A DNA stretch of 64,000 nt from the IMG/VR virus record IMGVR_UViG_3300006737_000028; one strand, written 5' to 3'. How positions within the stretch are numbered: the stretch's first letter is position 1; every line of letters starts with the position of its first letter. The translations under genes were made by a program, and so were the position numbers. The DNA comes from an uncultured virus (IMG/VR IMGVR_UViG_3300006737_000028) (lineage: Duplodnaviria > Heunggongvirae > Uroviricota > Caudoviricetes). The notes under the pieces are model-generated. The model searched no databases. It worked only from the letters and a program-made list of their open reading frames with translations, and was not told the DNA's origin. This document shows, piece by piece, positions 36,568 through 46,064 of the stretch.

Positions 36568-37072
36568 AGAGTTTCGTCGAAAGATTGTCTTGTTCTTTGA
36601 AGGTAAAGACAATGAACTAGAGGAAGACACACCAACGATGTCTGTGTCTGGTGGAGGTATTGCAGGGGTTTCGGATAACAACCCACCCGCACCTCTCAGG
36701 AAACCTCGACGTTTGTCTCCTGAAGAACTAGAGAAGATGTTGGGTAAAGGCGTAAAGTCTTTTACGGTCAGTAAAGAAGAGTATGAAAAATTCTCAGACC
36801 GAGCAAAACGAAAGAACGAACGATGGAATAAGTTCTTTGAAGAAGGCTCCGAGTCGGGTGGTGCTATCAAGAAATACTCTATGAGAAACCCAGGCAAGCC
36901 TGTCATCATTCAGAACGAAGACGGCGAAGCAATGATTCTTCGACGACCTATGGGCGATAAAAGACTTCACCACCATGTTCGGGCAAAGAAGATGGCAGAG
37001 AAGCGATATGGACCGTGGTCTAGATATATGAGAGAGAAGAAAGTATCAAAGGAGTTCAAGAAGAAATCTTGA
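36557..37072 (+). CDS. Hypothetical protein
   Basis: LEEDTPTMSVSGGGIAG...PVIIQNE. Confidence 0.65.
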   Translation: MNFEEFRRKIVLFFEGKDNELEEDTPTMSVSGGGIAGVSDNNPPAPLRKPRRLSPEELEKMLGKGVKSFTVSKEEYEKFSDRAKRKNERWNKFFEEGSESGGAIKKYSMRNPGKPVIIQNEDGEAMILRRPMGDKRLHHHVRAKKMAEKRYGPWSRYMREKKVSKEFKKKS

Positions 37073-37096
37073 CTCGTTGAAAACGTGAGGTATAAT
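37069..37096 (+). promoter_or_regulatory. sigma70-type promoter
   Basis: TTGACT-16-TATAAT. Confidence 0.8.
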
Positions 37097-37103
37097 ATTG
37101 ACT

Positions 37104-37778
37104 ATGTTCACACACGCTCCACCACCAGATCTTCCAGATCTAAAATGTATCACAGAAAACGGATCTCGTAAATACGTTACTCCAACCGGAGAGCGTTATC
37201 CTTCTGTGACCACTGTGACTGGATGGTCGAAGCGGCAGTTCTTCGCTGAGTGGAGAAAGAATAACCCAGAGGAGTCTAAGCAGATTCTCGAAAAGGGTAA
37301 CAAGTTTCACAGTATCGTTGAAGACTACTTGAACAACAAAGGCGAACCAGATGCAAATGCACATCAAGATGCTCGCGAGTTGTTTTATCAGGCACAACCA
37401 AATCTAGATCGCATTGATAACATTCGCGTTCAAGAAATTGCCCTCTGGAGTCACACTATGGGACTCGCTGGTAGGGTGGACTGTATCGCCGAGTTTGATG
37501 GTAAACTCTCTGTCATCGACTTCAAGAGTTCGAAGAGAAAGAAGAGAGAAAGTGACATCGAGAACTACTTCCAACAAGCAACCGCATACGCGATCATGTG
37601 GAAGGAACTGCTCGGCGAGACCATCGACAACATCGTGATTCTTGTTTCGTCGAGTGATGGAACGACACAGGTTCTACAGAGAAATCCAATCAACCACGTT
37701 GTTGGTCTCAAGGAATGTATCGACATCTATCACAATGCCAACAATTCAGAATCATACCGTGAGGTTATGAACGATTAG
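37104..37778 (+). CDS. PD-(D/E)XK (RecB/Cas4-like) exonuclease
   Basis: YPSVTTV, GNKFH, AGRVDCI, VIDFKSS, YFQQATAYA. Confidence 0.9.
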   Translation: MFTHAPPPDLPDLKCITENGSRKYVTPTGERYPSVTTVTGWSKRQFFAEWRKNNPEESKQILEKGNKFHSIVEDYLNNKGEPDANAHQDARELFYQAQPNLDRIDNIRVQEIALWSHTMGLAGRVDCIAEFDGKLSVIDFKSSKRKKRESDIENYFQQATAYAIMWKELLGETIDNIVILVSSSDGTTQVLQRNPINHVVGLKECIDIYHNANNSESYREVMND

Positions 37779-39691
37779 TGTTGAGACTCATGTCTCTGTC
37801 GAATTGGTGGATAGAACTCATGTCTATTCCGTGCATCTCTTCTGACAAACTTCTCATTGGGGTGAGTTGCGCCTCCGATTGAGGCAATTCCCATATCAGG
37901 CTCTACGTCAGCACCACTACCGCCGGTCGATCCTGCTGGCATATAACGGACGAATAGATCTGGTTCGAAGTCTTGTCGGCCGGTTGTGTTTTCTCTACCA
38001 CACCATCCATAGAACTGAACAGCACCAAGGGCATTTGCGTCGTTGTCTGGTTCCTTCAACAACATGAACCGAAGAATTCCGTCTTGGTTATCCAGAGCAT
38101 CTTGTACAAATTCGGTCATGTTGATTGTGATTGGATTGTTTAGATCAACTGGAGTACTGATGGTGAACCCCGTCGAGATTCCTAGATTGGAATCATTGAC
38201 ACCGAAAGCACCTGTTGCCGCCCAGGCGATTCCACCGTTGGTGGTATCTGAGGTGATATCAAGGAAGTCCCATGTCATGTGTTGAGTGGCTTCGGGTGTG
38301 AAGTTATGACCCGCACCATTTCCGGTGGTAAACCCAACAATGCGGAAGTGCATATCACCATCAAGTGATGGTTCGGTGTCAGTAATATCACTCAAGCGAC
38401 CGGCCACTCCCCGAGGAACAAGTCGTAGTCCAGCACCATATACTCTATCGCCTGGGCCCGGGAAGTGTTCGAATAGATTACCCGGACAAAGGTTGTAGCA
38501 GAAGATACCTCTACCCTGTCTCATGACTAGGGTAGGATCGTCTCCGGTGCCTCCGCCGGGATCATCAGTGGCAGTATCGGTTCTTGTGGTATTGGTCGTG
38601 GTATCCGTGGCATCCGTGGTATCATTTGTTTCATCTGGCGTGTTGGTCGTGAACGTTGGTGGAGTAATGATGATAGTGGGCCCCTGCGTCAATGTGACAT
38701 TGGTCTGGGGGGTGTTATCATCAAACCCGCCCGCCTCAACGACACCTCCACCGGGGCGAGTCTCATCATCAATCTCATTGGTATCAAAACCACCTCTATC
38801 TGGGGCATCGACCTGTGGACCATCACCAGGCCGAGTGTAGTCAGGATTGGCTCCAGATCGGAAAGGAGTTTTATTTGGTTCGGGAACAATCGGAGGAGGC
38901 GGATCGTCTACTTTTATATTGGTTTCAACAGTGTCCGCGAAAACGGCAGCGGAGGTTCTAAAGTTTCCGATATAGTGTGAGAACGCATGACCATGCTCAC
39001 CAAATCCGATCCTACGAAGAATTGCCTCTCTACTGAGAAGTTCATCATCTATCGAAGGATCTGTGTTTAGAAATCTTTCAGTGATGATTGGTGTGAATGA
39101 TTTCGATCTTTCATCGTCAGCGGCAAAACCCTGACCTTTGGTAATTCCTGCGGTCGCTGACGTTTCTCCAGCAAAACCAAAATCACCAAAGGATCGAAGA
39201 AGACTGCCTTCTACCTCATGCCAGTTACCAATCAGAGCAAGATTCGAATCCCGCAGATTGAAATTGGAACCTTGACTCGGGGCGCCCAAACCAGACGCAT
39301 TAGCAATGCCCTGTGTCCATCCTGCTTGACCTGATGTAGCAGCATCGAGAATCTGAGTATAACCAATTTGAAACTGGAGATCTCGAATAAGATTGTTGTT
39401 TCTGCCTGCTAATTCATGGTTTGGTGGAAAGACCTCCTGTCGGAAGGTGTCAGTAGGAACTGAAGCAGATACCACAGAAGGAATAGTGAAGTGTGCAGCC
39501 TCAACCATTGCAGGGACGGTTAGTCCCGCATTGGTGATGCCATCGGTAGTTGCACCACTATTTGTTGGACCATGTTCCAAATCGATAGAGGTAAGAGCGT
39601 GACCAGTTGGACCAGTCACCGCTGAACTCAATGATATGGTGATAGCACTGGAACTACCACGGATGCGTCTTGACTGCTTTCCGTGTCTCAT
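37775..39691 (-). CDS. Putative virion structural protein with Thr/Pro/Asp-rich linker
   Basis: 638 aa; low-complexity T/D/P segment separating two globular regions. Confidence 0.6.
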   Translation of the reverse strand: MRHGKQSRRIRGSSSAITISLSSAVTGPTGHALTSIDLEHGPTNSGATTDGITNAGLTVPAMVEAAHFTIPSVVSASVPTDTFRQEVFPPNHELAGRNNNLIRDLQFQIGYTQILDAATSGQAGWTQGIANASGLGAPSQGSNFNLRDSNLALIGNWHEVEGSLLRSFGDFGFAGETSATAGITKGQGFAADDERSKSFTPIITERFLNTDPSIDDELLSREAILRRIGFGEHGHAFSHYIGNFRTSAAVFADTVETNIKVDDPPPPIVPEPNKTPFRSGANPDYTRPGDGPQVDAPDRGGFDTNEIDDETRPGGGVVEAGGFDDNTPQTNVTLTQGPTIIITPPTFTTNTPDETNDTTDATDTTTNTTRTDTATDDPGGGTGDDPTLVMRQGRGIFCYNLCPGNLFEHFPGPGDRVYGAGLRLVPRGVAGRLSDITDTEPSLDGDMHFRIVGFTTGNGAGHNFTPEATQHMTWDFLDITSDTTNGGIAWAATGAFGVNDSNLGISTGFTISTPVDLNNPITINMTEFVQDALDNQDGILRFMLLKEPDNDANALGAVQFYGWCGRENTTGRQDFEPDLFVRYMPAGSTGGSGADVEPDMGIASIGGATHPNEKFVRRDARNRHEFYPPIRQRHESQH

Positions 39692-39702
39692 AAATTATTA
39701 CC

Positions 39703-40515
39703 TCAAGATCCGAAGTATGACAAAGCGACTTGGTTGTCTAGACCTGCACCTCTGTTTGTTGCAGTGACTTGAATCAAGTTTGTGTTTGCGATCTCTAGGA
39801 AGACTTCTTCGCCGGGAGCGAGAATCAATCCATTAGTTGCCCCATTAGGGAATGATCCAATGGCCAGGCCGCTTGGACCAATCGTCAAGTATCCGCCACC
39901 GGAGTTACCCAAGTCATTGTCTTGAATGTAGTTCTTCAGTTTCAGACCAGACTCTAGGGCAAAGGATGATAGACCGGCAGTTGCCGCTGTTCCAACAAGA
40001 ACGTATCCTGCTGTACATGCACTTGGCATCGCAATATTGTCGATGTCGATACTACCAGTTACTTCAACTCCACCTGCTCCTGCGGTGACTCCGATTTCCT
40101 GTCCTGCGACATCGGTGGAAACAACCTTGACATCAATCGCTGTGTAACCAGCAGATCCGCCCATCAGGTAAGTTTCATCGACTCTGTGAACGGTATCGAG
40201 AGTACCACCAGAGATACCTACTTCTTCAACTGTAAGAGTTGCACCTGCGATGGAAACTGCAATAGGCGTAGACCCATCAGTACTACCTGCGACTGGGAAG
40301 AAATCAAAGTCTCTACCACTTGTACTACCAAGACCTTGAATTTGTACTGGGAGTGGATCGCTAGTCGATACAAGTGTACTTGTGTTGGCATCACCAACAT
40401 CCACTTTGACAACCTGAACGTGTCCTACTCCAGAGATGAACTCAGTTGCAACGTCGGCACCACCTGTGCCTAAGTTGAGTGTAATATTGTCTGCTGCGGT
40501 TGCTGCTCCGGCCAT
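39703..40515 (-). CDS. Putative virion protein; C-terminal domain paralogous to 31224/31541
   Basis: LESGLKLKN...LILAPGEEVFLEIANTNLIQV; ATACATA upstream on the minus strand. Confidence 0.7.
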   Translation of the reverse strand: MAGAATAADNITLNLGTGGADVATEFISGVGHVQVVKVDVGDANTSTLVSTSDPLPVQIQGLGSTSGRDFDFFPVAGSTDGSTPIAVSIAGATLTVEEVGISGGTLDTVHRVDETYLMGGSAGYTAIDVKVVSTDVAGQEIGVTAGAGGVEVTGSIDIDNIAMPSACTAGYVLVGTAATAGLSSFALESGLKLKNYIQDNDLGNSGGGYLTIGPSGLAIGSFPNGATNGLILAPGEEVFLEIANTNLIQVTATNRGAGLDNQVALSYFGS

Positions 40516-40554
40516 TATCCTTCTCCATTTTTACGGGATACATAGTATGTATGC

Positions 40555-40582
40555 TTGACTAAATTCGGTCCTGTGTTATACT
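40555..40582 (+). promoter_or_regulatory. sigma70-type promoter
   Basis: TTGACT-16-TATACT with extended -10 TG. Confidence 0.75.
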
Positions 40583-40609
40583 TCTTCTGTTCTATTGAAA
40601 GGATTCGCA

Positions 40610-40837
40610 ATGCTAACGAACGAGGAAGACTACTCTGTATCTATCCCAAAAAGAATTGAGGAACTCGTTGTTGACGAGGATCTCCCGTATATGGATGCAG
40701 TCATTCAGACCTCTGATGAAATGGGCGTAGAACCTGGCTTTGTTGCCAAGTATCTCACAAAGCCTATCGTCGAGAGGATTCAGAGTGAAGCAGAAGATAA
40801 AAACCTTCTACCAAAAACAGCAAAACTTCCATTTTGA
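40610..40837 (+). CDS. 33: Late-promoter transcription co-activator (T4 gp33-like)
   Basis: IEELV...YMDAVI...KPIVERIQSEA..NLLPKTAKLPF; directly upstream of gp32. Confidence 0.85.
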   Translation: MLTNEEDYSVSIPKRIEELVVDEDLPYMDAVIQTSDEMGVEPGFVAKYLTKPIVERIQSEAEDKNLLPKTAKLPF

Positions 40838-40839
40838 TC

Positions 40840-40867
40840 TTGACTGATGTCAATGTGGTTGTACAAT
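40840..40867 (+). promoter_or_regulatory. sigma70-type promoter
   Basis: TTGACT-16-TACAAT. Confidence 0.75.
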
Positions 40868-40904
40868 AAACCAGTCGAAAACAGTTCACAACAAAGGAGA
40901 ACTT

Positions 40905-41798
40905 ATGTCGTTTGAATCAATGAAAAAGCGTAACACAACTGATTTGATCTCGCGTCTTGCCGCGAGTGATGAGAAGAAGTCATACAAGGATGATCGTTTC
41001 TGGAAGCCCACTCTCGATGATGCGGGCACTGGATCTGCAATCGTTCGGTTCCTCCCAGAACCCAAGAACGAGGAAATGCCTTACGTCCTTTACTTCTCTC
41101 ATGGGTTCCAAGGCCCCGGTGGTTGGTACATCGAAAACTCGCGTACCACTCTCGGTGAAAAGGATCCCGTTTCAGAGATGAACACCAAACTCTGGAACAG
41201 TGGACAGCAGTCCAACAAGGATCTTGTGTCTCAGAAGTTCAAGAGGAAGAAGAACTACGTTTCTAACATCCTCGTCGTTTCTGATCCGGGCAACCCGGAG
41301 AATGAGGGTAAGGTCTTCCTCTACCGTTATGGTCAGAAGATCTTCGACAAGATTCAGGAGGCTATGAAGCCTCAGTTTGCAGATGAAGAAGCGATCATTC
41401 CGTTCGACTTCTGGAAGGGTGCTAACTTCCGTCTGCGTATCCGAAAGGTCGCTGGTTTCCTAAACTACGACAAGTCGGAATTCGATTCAGTCTCTACATT
41501 GTTTGATGGAGATGATGAAAAGTTGAAGGCCCTTTGGGAAGGTCAGAACTCCCTTCAGGAGTTTGTTACCTCTGATGCCTTCAAGTCATACGATGAACTC
41601 AAGGAACGTCTCGAACGTGTACTTGGAACATCGGGCCCCGTTACTGGTCGGGCGGAGGAGATGGATTCTCCCGCTCAGGAGAACGTGAACAGTCGTTTCG
41701 GTTCGGACTCAACTCCGACTGAAGAGACTACTAATGATGCTCCGTCTGAAGAAGAAGACGCAATGTCTTACTTCTCCAAGTTGGCCGGAGAGGGATGA
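40905..41798 (+). CDS. 32: Single-stranded DNA-binding protein (T4 gp32-like)
   Basis: DDRFWKP, IVRFLP, HGFQGPGGWYIENS, GANFRL, NYDKSEF, acidic tail ending YFSKLA. Confidence 0.95.
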   Translation: MSFESMKKRNTTDLISRLAASDEKKSYKDDRFWKPTLDDAGTGSAIVRFLPEPKNEEMPYVLYFSHGFQGPGGWYIENSRTTLGEKDPVSEMNTKLWNSGQQSNKDLVSQKFKRKKNYVSNILVVSDPGNPENEGKVFLYRYGQKIFDKIQEAMKPQFADEEAIIPFDFWKGANFRLRIRKVAGFLNYDKSEFDSVSTLFDGDDEKLKALWEGQNSLQEFVTSDAFKSYDELKERLERVLGTSGPVTGRAEEMDSPAQENVNSRFGSDSTPTEETTNDAPSEEEDAMSYFSKLAGEG

Positions 41799-41829
41799 GA
41801 GAAAACTAAAAAATAGTATTCTCGCGAAG

Positions 41830-41858
41830 AGGGCAGGTCTTTGACCTGCCCTTTTTTG
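41830..41858 (+). terminator. Intrinsic terminator between convergent genes
   Basis: AGGGCAGGTC-TTT-GACCTGCCCT followed by TTTTT. Confidence 0.9.
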
Positions 41859-43400
41859 TTACCCTGCGGCCGCGGCGATTGCTGCACCAGATGATTGTGT
41901 GTCACTTCTTGCTGGTCTTGGCATGGCCATATTTTGAACGGGAGAACTTGAATTGTCTACAACGGTGACGGTGTTCTGAACCCCCGCTGCTTGAGCAACC
42001 CTATTCGCGGAAGTGGTTGCCTCTTGTTGTTCTTTGAGTTCCGCTTCGGTAGGCATTCTTTGAAGGAGTTCACTGTCACGACCGAGCATCGCACGGGCCC
42101 GTTTTGCGTCTGCGGGACTATCAAATCTTCTATCCATTCGTTCAAGTTCTCGGTTATATGCTGTAGCATCACCGTATCTCTTGAGTCGTTCAAGCCTCTT
42201 GGCCTGACCTCGAACCTGTTCTTTGAACTCTTCTTCTGCTACCCGAGCAAGTTCCGCCTCATACATTCTTCTTGTTGATTCTCTATTCTTCGCCTCTGCC
42301 TCTGCATTTTTAGCAAAGTTTTTTTGCATCTCTTCCATGCCATCCGTTTTCAGGAAACTTGGAACTAAGTCGATAACACTCGCTGCGAGACTGAAGAACT
42401 GCTCTTTGATAATAGAAACAATCTGGTCAACCTTCATCGCAAAGAAGGTGATTGGAAACTTGAACTGCTCGTAGATAAATTCACCAACGGAAGTGAACGC
42501 ATCACTAATGCCTTGTGCTGCACCGGCAATCATGTTACCAATGCCTTCTATGGAGAAGTTGTCCACTACTGTGTCGTAGATAATTCCAAACAAAGCACCT
42601 ATTCTTTCGAACTGTGCCCTGATACTTTCTTTGAGCGTGAAGATATACTCTTCGAAGATCAGACCGAGTTTCTGAAAGATCGATAGTTCGGGGTCACTGA
42701 AGATTGCACCGATATTGGCAAAGAATAACTTGACTGGTTCGAACAGCGGATCAAGGAACTCTTTGACTGCATCATATGATAGGAGTCCAAATGTTAGTCC
42801 CTGAATGATTTGAGCGAATCCACCACTAACTGCATCCATGAGTCGGGCACCAATGTTACCCTCATCCGATCCTAAGAATCCCTTGATCGCTCCGGTGATT
42901 CCGTCGATTAGAATCATTAGGGGACCGAGGAACTTCAGTCCAATCTTCGCGATCTTTCCGCCTGTTCCGAGGAATGGTTCGATCTTCTTTGCAATCCCCA
43001 TTACATCATCAGACAATGCAAGGATCCTCGCTGCGAAAAGTGGGAGTCTACCTTCAGGACCAAAGAACCCACCCAGTGCTGCAAGAACTCCACCACCAAG
43101 AAGTCCACCAAGAATTCCACCAAGACCCATCTTTACTTTTTTCGCGCCTTCGCCAGTGCCTTTTTTCAGAGCGGAGATGCTACCTTCAAGTCCAAGGATT
43201 GCGGACACAAGACTCTTGCGTTCCTTTTTCTCCTCAACCGCTTCCTCTTTCTTCTGGATGCGACCCTTTTCATCTCGCTTGACATTGGATAGATCGCGAC
43301 CTTTGCCGCCACCACCGCCACGCTTACCACCCATACCCTCGACGGCGGACGAGAACTTGTCTACGGAATCACTAAACTTGTTTGTAGTTTCGTCAGCCAC
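41859..43400 (-). CDS. Tape-measure/baseplate hub protein (gp29-like)
   Basis: Helical with Gly/Leu-rich hydrophobic segments; follows gp26-gp51. Confidence 0.65.
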   Translation of the reverse strand: MADETTNKFSDSVDKFSSAVEGMGGKRGGGGGKGRDLSNVKRDEKGRIQKKEEAVEEKKERKSLVSAILGLEGSISALKKGTGEGAKKVKMGLGGILGGLLGGGVLAALGGFFGPEGRLPLFAARILALSDDVMGIAKKIEPFLGTGGKIAKIGLKFLGPLMILIDGITGAIKGFLGSDEGNIGARLMDAVSGGFAQIIQGLTFGLLSYDAVKEFLDPLFEPVKLFFANIGAIFSDPELSIFQKLGLIFEEYIFTLKESIRAQFERIGALFGIIYDTVVDNFSIEGIGNMIAGAAQGISDAFTSVGEFIYEQFKFPITFFAMKVDQIVSIIKEQFFSLAASVIDLVPSFLKTDGMEEMQKNFAKNAEAEAKNRESTRRMYEAELARVAEEEFKEQVRGQAKRLERLKRYGDATAYNRELERMDRRFDSPADAKRARAMLGRDSELLQRMPTEAELKEQQEATTSANRVAQAAGVQNTVTVVDNSSSPVQNMAMPRPARSDTQSSGAAIAAAAG

Positions 43401-43575
43401 GGTTTCGTTCCTTGAGTCTTTGCTCTTCTTCCTTTAGGTATTGTTTCAGCAGCATTATGTATGCGTGCCTTTCCCAAGGCAGCATTGATTCAAGATCCGA
43501 CCAACTCCACTTATGATGTTGCAGCATGATAAAGTTATTCTGGAAGTACGACTCCAGACTATCATGTTGCATCAT
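43393..43575 (-). CDS. 51: Baseplate hub assembly protein (gp51-like)
   Basis: NFIMLQHHKWSWSDLESMLPWER..YIMLL. Confidence 0.85.
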   Translation of the reverse strand: MMQHDSLESYFQNNFIMLQHHKWSWSDLESMLPWERHAYIMLLKQYLKEEEQRLKERNRG

Positions 43576-44288
43576 CAGGTAAAAAAATCGCTGAGTCCCT
43601 CCACAACGATCTTGTTTTCATGACCACATTCACTACATGTCCACACAACGTCTTTACACATTCTCGGTGCGTCAGAAATCCATTCTGTGATTGTCTGCAA
43701 GTGATCTGTTGTCATCGACTCGATGAATCTCTTGTTCTCTTCTGGATCCTGATCTCGAAGTCTGTATGTCTGTTTGTCATCATACACGCCTGCGATTGCC
43801 GTTTCGATTACTGAGAACTGATCATCAATTTTCATCTTGTCTGTATTCATGGCGGCAAACTTCTTAGTAGTTCTAAGTCTGGGAAGTTGCATGATAAGTC
43901 CGATGCCATCTGCTAGGGGGATGCGATCTCCATCTTTCGAATCACCCTTCACATAAAAATCTGTTAGATCAATTTCGACTGCCTGAGACGCTTCACACTC
44001 TTCACATGTTGCCTTCATCGTGACAGATTCGCCGACCGATGTGGTCCTAAGTTTGACCATAAGATATTCAATATCATTCATGGTCAAGTCTTCTACGGAA
44101 ATATCCTCATCGAGACACGTTGAGATCACATTCACCACTGTGCCGATGTGGTCATTTTTGTTGTTCGATTGCATCGCAATCAGGAGGTTCTTTTCCTCAC
44201 GAACGGTAAAGGGTCTATATGTTACCGTCTGTTGTGTTGACGGAAGTGTCAGTTGATACTTTGGTGTTGATAATGTTGGTAGACTCAT
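43575..44288 (-). CDS. 26: Baseplate hub protein (gp26-like)
   Basis: LPTLSTPKYQLTLPS...YRPFTVREEKNLL...SVGE..CEEC...CSECG...EGLSDFF. Confidence 0.9.
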   Translation of the reverse strand: MSLPTLSTPKYQLTLPSTQQTVTYRPFTVREEKNLLIAMQSNNKNDHIGTVVNVISTCLDEDISVEDLTMNDIEYLMVKLRTTSVGESVTMKATCEECEASQAVEIDLTDFYVKGDSKDGDRIPLADGIGLIMQLPRLRTTKKFAAMNTDKMKIDDQFSVIETAIAGVYDDKQTYRLRDQDPEENKRFIESMTTDHLQTITEWISDAPRMCKDVVWTCSECGHENKIVVEGLSDFFT

Positions 44289-44307
44289 TCAATAACTCCT
44301 ATTTATT

Positions 44308-45012
44308 TCACTCAGTAATTCTAGTACCTTCTACAACTCTACCTCCTAGAGCGATAGATTCTGGTGCGCCTGTTTTCTTGGCGACTGCTGGTAGATCTAA
44401 ACCAAGACGGGTATTTGGTCCGCCTGCGGATCCTTGTGTTTGCGGGTTGATTGGTCTACCACTAAACGGTTCGACTTGCTCCCACCATCTGTATGCCATA
44501 GTAACTGTTTGCTTGATGAGTCCCTCTGTTTCGGCACCCACCTCGAATGACTGAACACTCTTTGGCCAAGACTCGTATAGTTTACACGCATATCTGACTC
44601 TATCTTTTCGATCAAACAAAGAGATTGTCATATCACAGACATAATCCTTGTAGTATCCAAACGTATTTGTGCCATGGTTTTGAATCTTTGTCATCCAGTC
44701 GGTGAAGAACTGTCTTTCGAAATAATCAGCACCGACTAGGAAAGTCATGTCAATTGATTGTTCGTATGTTCTACCGTAAGGCATTTCTCTCTCAGGGCCC
44801 GAACTAAACCTCTGTGGATTGGACGCAATGCCCACACCGGGAACCGAGATTGTTTCTAGGGATGCACTCAATCTTTTGGTAAGGTAGGTGGATTGAATAA
44901 TCCTATTCCCCGAAGGTGTGTTGCTAAAATCGATAGCATATCTGTTTGTCGGGGCAGTGCCGAACCGAGTGATTCGACTCACCATATCTGCTACGTTTGG
45001 ATTCAACGGCAT
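44308..45012 (-). CDS. Tail tube initiator / tube-like protein (gp54-like)
   Basis: SVPG, MPYG, FFTDW, YYKDYV, LYESWPKS, MAYRWW. Confidence 0.75.
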   Translation of the reverse strand: MPLNPNVADMVSRITRFGTAPTNRYAIDFSNTPSGNRIIQSTYLTKRLSASLETISVPGVGIASNPQRFSSGPEREMPYGRTYEQSIDMTFLVGADYFERQFFTDWMTKIQNHGTNTFGYYKDYVCDMTISLFDRKDRVRYACKLYESWPKSVQSFEVGAETEGLIKQTVTMAYRWWEQVEPFSGRPINPQTQGSAGGPNTRLGLDLPAVAKKTGAPESIALGGRVVEGTRITE

Positions 45013-45596
45013 TAGTTCTTCCCTCTACGTTTCTTTTCTTCTCGAATTATTCTTCGACTATCAGCAAACACTCTTCGCTTAGATGTCTTTCTGAAAATCT
45101 CAATAGGCATCGCTGCTATGGTTGACCAGTCCTCAAATTCAATCTCAACCACTTTCGAAGAAATACGATTGAACCGATAGTATTTATAGCAGGGAACCAA
45201 TGGGACATACTGTGGTTTATCTTTTAGGTACTCATAATCAACTCTAATTCTGGCAAAGTCTTCAGTTTTTTGTAATCTCGAATCAATCAGTCTGTTTAGC
45301 ATTGCTGATCTTAGTCTGGGATCTAAGTAGTGGAGGTTCACTCCAAAGAAACCATCGTTCTTTCTTTCCAACATCAAGACTAGGGGAAGAGTATCGTAGT
45401 AAGGCAGTTTTCTTTTTGTCACCGGATTGTATGTGAATAAATAGAGGTGACCCTCACTAAGTCTTGTTGAACGAGGAATGTCTCTGCCGGTACTGTGGAT
45501 TTGTTGAATTGGATCTAGTAGATCCTTAGACTCACCCTTGATCCCTCTAATGTAATCAGAAAGTAAAGCAACCGGATTGTCGATATCTTTGCTCAT
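45012..45596 (-). CDS. 2: DNA end protector protein (gp2-like)
   Basis: YLFTYNP.TKRKLPYYD.LPLV, GVNLHYL. Confidence 0.9.
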   Translation of the reverse strand: MSKDIDNPVALLSDYIRGIKGESKDLLDPIQQIHSTGRDIPRSTRLSEGHLYLFTYNPVTKRKLPYYDTLPLVLMLERKNDGFFGVNLHYLDPRLRSAMLNRLIDSRLQKTEDFARIRVDYEYLKDKPQYVPLVPCYKYYRFNRISSKVVEIEFEDWSTIAAMPIEIFRKTSKRRVFADSRRIIREEKKRRGKN

Positions 45597-46030
45597 AGAA
45601 TTTCGTCCTCTGTAAGAATAACGAATCTCCAACCCCGTAGTTCACAGAAGTCTACTGCGGACTTCCATTTTGCTTTATTCACAGCATATTGAAATGCCTC
45701 GACAATGAATCTCTTGTTCTTCTTGCCTGACTTGGGTAAGGCCGGTGGAGCGGTTTGCTTCTTTGGCTTGACCTCGATCATGACAGTCTCAACCTTGCCT
45801 TTTTTATTTTTTTGTTCGATTATGAAGTCTGGATAATACTTGTGTACTCGATTATCTTTCGGAGATCGGTATGGAATAGCGACTTCCTCTGATGCCCATT
45901 TCATGATGTTCTTATTTGAATCGAACATCTTCATGCACCGTCTTTCCCAAAGACTTCGGTACACGATTTTGGACACATCCCCTACATACTTTTGAGGATT
46001 TGTTGGATTATATTTTCCCTTGTATGCCAT
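45593..46030 (-). CDS. 4: Head completion nuclease (gp4-like)
   Basis: KYVGD..IVYRSLWE, WASEE, YYPDF, IEVKP, NKAKW. Confidence 0.95.
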   Translation of the reverse strand: MAYKGKYNPTNPQKYVGDVSKIVYRSLWERRCMKMFDSNKNIMKWASEEVAIPYRSPKDNRVHKYYPDFIIEQKNKKGKVETVMIEVKPKKQTAPPALPKSGKKNKRFIVEAFQYAVNKAKWKSAVDFCELRGWRFVILTEDEIL

Positions 46031-46064
46031 ACATACTTATGTATCACCAGAAAGGATGATTCGC

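Noticed and set aside
37104..37778. Cas4-like gene as part of a CRISPR system
   Set aside because: Typical stand-alone T4-like exonuclease with no array nearby.
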